From contig JAZPXL010000020.1 of assembly GCA_045543615.1 (NCBI GenBank), positions 14,107 through 78,106 of the forward strand: 64,000 nucleotides of DNA, read 5' to 3'. The DNA is from Eubacteriales bacterium. GTDB lineage: Bacteria > Bacillota > Clostridia > Oscillospirales > CAG-272. Of this stretch, positions 58,092-64,000 are shown one piece after another. How positions within the stretch are numbered: position 1 is the first letter of the stretch; the number at the start of each line of letters is the position of its first letter. The notes under the pieces were generated by a model, which was given only the letters and a program-made list of their open reading frames with translations, was not told the origin of the DNA and searched no databases. Made by a program: the position numbers and the translations under genes.

Positions 58092-58239
58092 GACGTCTTT
58101 TTTGTCATTCGCCCGAACTCAAACGCACCCGAAAGGGTGCGTTTTGTATTGGCAAACGTATCTGAAGCGCATCGCTCTCCGCACGCCAAAGGTAAAACTG
58201 ATTGAAAGTTGCGCATTCATGCCGTCGGGGACGACGGTC
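58092..58239 (+). repeat. Degenerate junction J5, hairpin D and partial module Z
   Basis: GACGTCTTTTTTGTCA; aaacgcacc...ggtgcgttt; cgccaaaggta..ttgaaagttgcgcattcatgccgtcggggacg. Confidence 0.7.
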
Positions 58240-58375
58240 GCTGTGGTTTTCTCCAATCTCTTGCTTATCGCCACAAAGTGTGTTATAATAAATTATGATT
58301 ATTCGGACTATTGCGGAGAGACACCGTGGACGGAATTAATTGAGCAGTACATAGAAAAATAAGTGATAATTATAG

Positions 58376-58591
58376 GAGTTTGGGCTATCGCCAATACAAT
58401 ATATCAATGACATAAAGATGAGGAGGGGTATGTATTTGCTTGAGACTACGTCAAGGCCCGTCGGTGAGACAGCCTATGAGTGTGGATTTTCAGATTATCC
58501 CTATTTTTACAAGCGATTTGTGCGCAAGACAGGTCTGTCTCCTATGCGACGGGGACGGCAGATTCATCAAAACCCACACTCGAGGAAATAG
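58376..58591 (+). pseudogene. AraC C-terminal HTH remnant
   Basis: Translates EFGLSPIQYINDIKM...LLETTSRPVGETAYECGFSDYPYFYKRFVRKTGLSP; in-frame TAG directly upstream. Confidence 0.7.
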
Positions 58592-58731
58592 CCACAAGAA
58601 AATGCAGGGGAAATATTGAAATTATCAAACCGGTTGTGATATAATATAAAAAATATGTTGAGTATGTTTGTTGTGTTTTATATTAGTTTCTGCTTGTCGG
58701 CAGGAGAAAATTTTTTAATGGAGTTGTTGTT

Positions 58732-60768
58732 ATGAAAAAGTTATTTGTTGCGCTTTTGTGTGCGGTTCTATTGCTTTCCGTACTATTATTGAGTGCTTGC
58801 ACTCCTGACTCGCCTAACACACCACAGGGCGAGGAGAGCACTCCCGATGGCGTCGGTGAGGTTTTGGGCTCTGAAGGCTTGACCTACGAGCTTAACTGGC
58901 AGGGCAACGGCTATATCGTTACAGGTAAGGGAACTTGCACAGACAAGAGGGTCGTTATCCCCTCGACATATAATGGATTGCCCGTTCTTAGCATTGGAAA
59001 TGGAGCATTCAGCGAGAAAACGCCTCCAAGCGATAATAATCAATCGGGTGGCACTACCAATGATAAAGACAAAAAGGGGCTTGGAGTGTTCGCTTTTGGC
59101 ACAAGAACACTTTCGTCTATCACCTCTTCAATTAGCTTTAGCTTGCTGTCGGACACCTCTGCCACGGATGGCGATGGTATTACAGAGGTTGTTATTCCAG
59201 ACAGCGTGATGGATATTGGCGACAATGCGTTCTATGGTTGCGAATCGCTTGCTTCCTTTGAGGTTTCAAATCTGGTTAACCTTATTGGAACTGACGCTTT
59301 CAAGGATACGGCGTACTATCTCGATGAGTCAAACTGGACGGGGGACGCTTTGTATTTGGAAGAATATTTAGTGGCAGTTCGCCCCACTGTTGTCGGCGAG
59401 TGGGTGGTGCGTGATGGCACAGTAAATATTGCAAGCAATGCCTTTGAGGGATGTGTTGGTATTACGTCAGTTTCTTTTCCTTCGTCTTTGCGTTTTGTTG
59501 GAAAGATGGCATTTATGGGATGCACTGGAATCACGGAGATTGATTTAACTATTCCCGGCATTCAAATTGAAAACTACGCATTTAAGGATTGCACATCTCT
59601 TACAACTATTATGATTGGTACGGACGACATTCCAAATGCACCACCTGTTGAGTCTTTTTGGGGTGTAGGTCTTGAGGGAGATGCCGTATTTATGCCGGGT
59701 GGAGTTTCGGATATTGCATTCAATCCCAAAGCCGATCCGAATTATATCTACTCAGGATCTATTGGTCATCAGGCTTTCTGTGGATGCACATCTCTTACAT
59801 CCGTAACTCTTGGCTCAAATATTGGCTATCTTGGAGGCTTCATATTTGAGGGTTGCTCTGCGCTCAAAGAAGTCGATTTGAGTATGATTAAGGTTTATAC
59901 ACCCGATACAGTCATTGTAACGCCCGGATACAATCACCGTTGGCATATGTCACTTCAGGGCATATTCAAGGATTGTACATCGCTTGTAGACATCAAGCTA
60001 CCTGAGGGTATTGCTTGGCTTGACAGAACCTTTGAGGGCTGTACATCTATCACGGAATTTGTTGTGCCTGATACAGTAAAGGGGCTTAACGGAACATTCA
60101 TCAACTGTTCGTCTCTTCTGAGTGTAAGCATTCCCGAAAGTGTGGTGGCTCTGTCAAAAACATTTATAAATTGTAGTGCTCTCCGTGAGATTACTCTTCC
60201 TCAAAAGCTTGTAAAGATTGGTGACGAAACTTTCTTTTACTGTAATTCGCTTATATATGTATATGTTCCCGACTCTGTTACAGAGATCGGCAATCAAGTT
60301 TTTGTGGGCAATCCTGAGGTAGGTATGAACGTTTCCTTTGGTAAAGGAGTGGAGAAGGTCTTTGATGATTGCGTAACAACTGCTGATGCAATTGTGTTCC
60401 GAGGAACTGTGGAAGAGTGGAAAAAATCTCCGTTTTATAATAAAGTTAATTGCCACAACCCACTCGGAGCGGGCTCTGATGTTATTTGCACAGATGGAAC
60501 AATAATCGGAGATGATGTTGTTGTTGATACTATGAAGGGTATTAAGCTCTCCGACGGCACTCTTTATGTAAGCTTTAAGGACGTTACTTTTCAATACACT
60601 CCGGGTGTTATTGAATCGGTAATATCTCGCAGTCTTGATGAAATAGAGGCAGAGCTTGTGTCAAGTGGATCGATGAGCTGGACGAGAGTCAAAGCAATTG
60701 ATCTGTTGCAGACTAAAACGAATCGAAATATATCTACATACGGCCATATCAGAGAAATGATACAGTAA
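58732..60768 (+). CDS. BspA-type leucine-rich repeat lipoprotein
   Basis: Lipobox LSAC; many IPDSV..IG..AF.GC.SL repeats. Confidence 0.88.
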   Translation: MKKLFVALLCAVLLLSVLLLSACTPDSPNTPQGEESTPDGVGEVLGSEGLTYELNWQGNGYIVTGKGTCTDKRVVIPSTYNGLPVLSIGNGAFSEKTPPSDNNQSGGTTNDKDKKGLGVFAFGTRTLSSITSSISFSLLSDTSATDGDGITEVVIPDSVMDIGDNAFYGCESLASFEVSNLVNLIGTDAFKDTAYYLDESNWTGDALYLEEYLVAVRPTVVGEWVVRDGTVNIASNAFEGCVGITSVSFPSSLRFVGKMAFMGCTGITEIDLTIPGIQIENYAFKDCTSLTTIMIGTDDIPNAPPVESFWGVGLEGDAVFMPGGVSDIAFNPKADPNYIYSGSIGHQAFCGCTSLTSVTLGSNIGYLGGFIFEGCSALKEVDLSMIKVYTPDTVIVTPGYNHRWHMSLQGIFKDCTSLVDIKLPEGIAWLDRTFEGCTSITEFVVPDTVKGLNGTFINCSSLLSVSIPESVVALSKTFINCSALREITLPQKLVKIGDETFFYCNSLIYVYVPDSVTEIGNQVFVGNPEVGMNVSFGKGVEKVFDDCVTTADAIVFRGTVEEWKKSPFYNKVNCHNPLGAGSDVICTDGTIIGDDVVVDTMKGIKLSDGTLYVSFKDVTFQYTPGVIESVISRSLDEIEAELVSSGSMSWTRVKAIDLLQTKTNRNISTYGHIREMIQ

Positions 60769-60939
60769 AAAACTCAAAGCAGAAGCGATGCTCTTGCATC
60801 GATTCTGCTTTTTGTAGAAATTTGGGGCTTTTGCAAAAAAATTTACCTGATTGACAAATCAATATGACAGCACTTGTGTTGCAAAATGCGCTTGTCTGTG
60901 ATATAATAGCTGTTGAAAAACGGAAAGAGAGGTGCTGTT

Positions 60940-61737
60940 ATGTTCTTAACAAAAAACAGCCTTTGGAAAATTGTTATTATGGCTATTGCCTATTTCGTTA
61001 TAGGCACCATCGGCGTTACGCTTGGTATTCTTTTTATGGTTTACGGTTACGATTGGTTGATACTGTACCTTGGTATTGCTATGCTTTGTCTCTGTCCTCT
61101 CATCGTCCTTTGGGGGTTGTACGCTGAGGGCAAGGGCAAGCTTATAAATCTTGGGCGCAAGCTTATTTTCAATGACCTGCGCCCTCGTGATTTTATTAGG
61201 GAATACGACAGGCTCAGAAGTACGGGAGATCTTGTTATAAACAAGCCGAGCTTTGAGATTTTGCAGTTTTTGATTGTGGCTTATGATTCACTTAATGAAA
61301 GGGAGCGTGCGCTCGCTGTTGCTGATGAGCTTATTTTGATGGCGAGCGAGAAGAAGAAGGCTTTGGCAAAGCTTTATAAGGTGAGCCTTTTATTTGCCTA
61401 CGGAATGGTAGAAGAGGGCGAGGAGCTTTTCGTTTCGGTTCAGCGCGAAAAGCTTGATTTTGTCGCCAAGGGCTTTGTGAATAATCTTTACAAGAGTGAC
61501 CGTGCAATTGCTATTGGAGATTATAAAACTGCAGAAATGCACAATTTAAGCACGCTTGAGAGTGCGTCATCCCAAACTCCTCTTGTAGTTCTGATTGCCC
61601 ATTTTTCTTTGGGTGAGATTTATGTTAAGCTTGGAGATGCAGAGAAGGCTGTGGTGCATCTTGAGTATTGTACCAAAAACTGTGGAGAGACGGCGATAGG
61701 AAAGTCGGCATCCGAGGCTCTTGAAAAGATTATATAA
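60940..61737 (+). CDS. Membrane protein with a TPR-like helical domain
   Basis: Two N-terminal TM segments; HFSLGEIYVKLGDAEKA. Confidence 0.65.
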   Translation: MFLTKNSLWKIVIMAIAYFVIGTIGVTLGILFMVYGYDWLILYLGIAMLCLCPLIVLWGLYAEGKGKLINLGRKLIFNDLRPRDFIREYDRLRSTGDLVINKPSFEILQFLIVAYDSLNERERALAVADELILMASEKKKALAKLYKVSLLFAYGMVEEGEELFVSVQREKLDFVAKGFVNNLYKSDRAIAIGDYKTAEMHNLSTLESASSQTPLVVLIAHFSLGEIYVKLGDAEKAVVHLEYCTKNCGETAIGKSASEALEKII

Positions 61738-61814
61738 TCGTTATTGACACAATCCTTTGCGTATGCTATAATAAAAACAACAAATCGTTGAAACTTCGAC
61801 CCGGGAGGATTATT

Positions 61815-62294
61815 ATGAAGACAAAAAGACTTGTTTCGCTTGTACTTGCGGTATTTTTACTTATCACTCTACTTACTTCGCTCATCTCTTGCGTGCAGTC
61901 GGGAGGTGGTGACGGTGGCAACAACATCGACTTTGGCAAAAAGTATATGAAGAGTGACAACGATTACTATGTTTTTAACGGCGATGGCACAGGATACCAC
62001 GTTTACAGATATGTGTACGAGAACTCGGTTAGTCCCGAATACAACTATACTCGCTCAGGCCGTATTGATTTTGTTTGGAGAGAGGCGGCTGACGGCGCAA
62101 TTTATCTCTTTGAGACAAATGCAACCTATGACGAGGATCACACAGAGGGGGAGGACTTGCCATTGGTCGGGGCCGCTATTTATTTTGGCGACGATTTCTT
62201 TGTTTATTTGTACTCAAACCAGTACGGCAGCACATCCCATAGATATATCAAAGAAAACTCATCCCTCGAAAAGCTGACGGAGGATGAAGAATAA
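61815..62294 (+). CDS. Hypothetical lipoprotein
   Basis: RBS GGGAGG; lipobox LISC. Confidence 0.7.
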   Translation: MKTKRLVSLVLAVFLLITLLTSLISCVQSGGGDGGNNIDFGKKYMKSDNDYYVFNGDGTGYHVYRYVYENSVSPEYNYTRSGRIDFVWREAADGAIYLFETNATYDEDHTEGEDLPLVGAAIYFGDDFFVYLYSNQYGSTSHRYIKENSSLEKLTEDEE

Positions 62295-62421
62295 TCAAAA
62301 TAACGGCACAATCACTACCGTGGTTGTGCCGTTTAGTTTTTATTGACAAAGCACGCTCTTTGTGATAAAATAAAGTCGGTAATAATACTTACAAAAACAC
62401 TTAAATCAAGGAGGGCTTGTT

Positions 62422-64000
62422 ATGAAAAAAGTGGTTGCTTTTTTGATCCTTTGCGCTATGCTGCTGTCGGTTTTTGTCGGCTGCACGCCAAACTCGCAGA
62501 CAGATGGCACAACTGATGATTCAAATCCGTCAGGCACACCCGGAGATTTTGTCATTCCTGAGGGAATGAGTGGTGACGATATAGTAAGACTTCTGCTTGC
62601 AGGTGAGAGACTTGACTCTTCCGTTCTCAAAAAGGACGGTGACATTTTTGATGATGGAGCGGAGACTTTCCGTAAGCTTGCGGCAAAGGCTTCAAGCAAT
62701 CTTGCAGAATCTGCCTCTGCACTCAAAATGACGCCTATGCGCTACAAAACCCTTACTCCAATTTCAGCTTCAACTCTGATTGACGAGGGAAAGGGAAGAG
62801 TCGAGATAGACGGAAACAAGTACATTTGGAGCGACTTCAAGGAAAATAACAACTCCTACGAAGCATTTGCCAACACAACAGAGAATATCATTGTGTCTTC
62901 AAAGACTGCGGCAGATATGATTGATTATATAAAGAAGAATGTCAGAGTTGTTGACAAGTGGGTAAGATTTGAGACATCGAGCTTTTATCTGCACGTTGAC
63001 GAAAACTCCGAGATCCTTCTTGAGAGATGGGATAACGAAACCTCAAAAAGAATAAATATCTGCACTCGCTACAAAAATGCGCAGGGCGTGGATGTTTATG
63101 AGCTTTACATTGAAGAGGCGTTTGTCGGCTCATACACAGTAAGCTCACGAACAACATATATCCCGGGTCAGAGATACGAAATGTCCATTAATCAGGATTT
63201 TGGTGACAGAGTTGATGAGAGCTATTTTGTTGCCGACAATTCAAAGGGATATTGGGAGACTTACACGATTTCTGTTTTGCCCACGCATTACAATATTTCC
63301 TGCTTCATTATGAAGGATGACATCGCTTACGACGCTTTTTATGATCCTGTAAGCAAGACGGCAAATTACCTTAAGGTTATGAGTGCCGACAGAGCGACGG
63401 ATATTATGCATATAAGTGGAACTGACGGTGATGATGTGTTCTTCGTTGATGTGCTTTTCTCCGGTTTTGACGGAATTGAGAGTGTTGAGCTTGTGGCTGA
63501 CAACGATGAGATCATAACTGATATGGATTCATATATCAATATGAGTCCTGAGGATTACGAGAAATACAAGCTCTTTTTAAATGACGGTGGATATATTCTT
63601 ATTGGTGAAAATTCGGGTGTTGTCAAGCTCACAAACGGCAAGACCATTACCCCCAAAAGCCAATATGCAGGGGGTAAGGTAACGGTTGCCCGCATTGTCG
63701 CAGAGGGAGAGAAGGAAAGGTTTGTTAACGGTTTTGTGTCCTTGCGCATTGATGCAAACACTTACGATGAGCTTGTGATTGTATTAGAGCAGTTTTTGAG
63801 TGAATGTGGCATTGTTTGTCGCAGAGACACAAAGCTTATGCTTGAGAGCATTAAGCGTGCATATGAGGAACTTCCCCTCTTTACCACCTATTATAAATGG
63901 AACGGAGTTGTCGTTTCGGATACTGAGGGTATTGGCAAGGCACTTGAGGTTGAAAAAACAAGATTTGCACGTATCAGAGAGATTTATGAGGAGCGTGAGA
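62422..64000 (+). CDS. Hypothetical lipoprotein, 3'-truncated by the window edge
   Basis: RBS AAGGAGGG; MKKVVAFLILCAMLLSVFVGC; frame appears open to the end; absent from the ORF track because it has no stop. Confidence 0.7.
   Translation, partial: MKKVVAFLILCAMLLSVFVGCTPNSQTDGTTDDSNPSGTPGDFVIPEGMSGDDIVRLLLAGERLDSSVLKKDGDIFDDGAETFRKLAAKASSNLAESASALKMTPMRYKTLTPISASTLIDEGKGRVEIDGNKYIWSDFKENNNSYEAFANTTENIIVSSKTAADMIDYIKKNVRVVDKWVRFETSSFYLHVDENSEILLERWDNETSKRINICTRYKNAQGVDVYELYIEEAFVGSYTVSSRTTYIPGQRYEMSINQDFGDRVDESYFVADNSKGYWETYTISVLPTHYNISCFIMKDDIAYDAFYDPVSKTANYLKVMSADRATDIMHISGTDGDDVFFVDVLFSGFDGIESVELVADNDEIITDMDSYINMSPEDYEKYKLFLNDGGYILIGENSGVVKLTNGKTITPKSQYAGGKVTVARIVAEGEKERFVNGFVSLRIDANTYDELVIVLEQFLSECGIVCRRDTKLMLESIKRAYEELPLFTTYYKWNGVVVSDTEGIGKALEVEKTRFARIREIYEERE

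Larger units (their letters stand above)
54262..58290 (+). mobile_element. tRNA-Cys-anchored array of five single-gene cassettes (no recombinase in window)
   Basis: Repeated junction motif, terminator, hairpin modules and promoter/RBS blocks around unrelated AT-rich genes. Confidence 0.6.

Noticed and set aside
54262-58290. Classical integron or prophage
   Set aside because: No integrase or phage genes; junctions lack RYYYAAC/GTTRRRY attC cores; every gene has its own promoter

Overview
Chromosomal window from a Firmicute, most likely an uncultured Clostridia/Oscillospirales-type gut or rumen organism. This is inferred from sigma-A promoters, HprK, SipW-type signal peptides, a sortase motif and many lipoproteins. 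1-8.2 kb: tandem array of TasA/SipW-class surface proteins with structured intergenic elements. 8-53 kb: mostly metabolic and housekeeping genes (TldD/PmbA, type-2 malate dehydrogenase plus malic enzyme, hprK, nnr, eno, folA-thyA, trpS-rimO-pgsA), plus an AraC-linked carbohydrate locus with a 29-bp operator seen three times. 53.8-54.3 kb: five tRNAs (Val, Asp, Phe, Gly, Cys). The most notable feature starts at the tRNA-Cys CCA end (54.26-58.3 kb): a head-to-tail array of five single-gene cassettes with unrelated AT-rich cargo. Units follow the plan [tRNA-end-like core + terminator] - [multi-hairpin/REP module] - [promoter + RBS] - [ORF] - [GGCATCTTTTTTGTCAAC motif], with the third unit lacking the core and terminator. 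It looks like an integron-analogous gene-capture array at a tRNA, but no recombinase is present in the window, so the mechanism is inference. The window ends in a run of lipoprotein and membrane-protein genes. All calls were made by eye without database searches.
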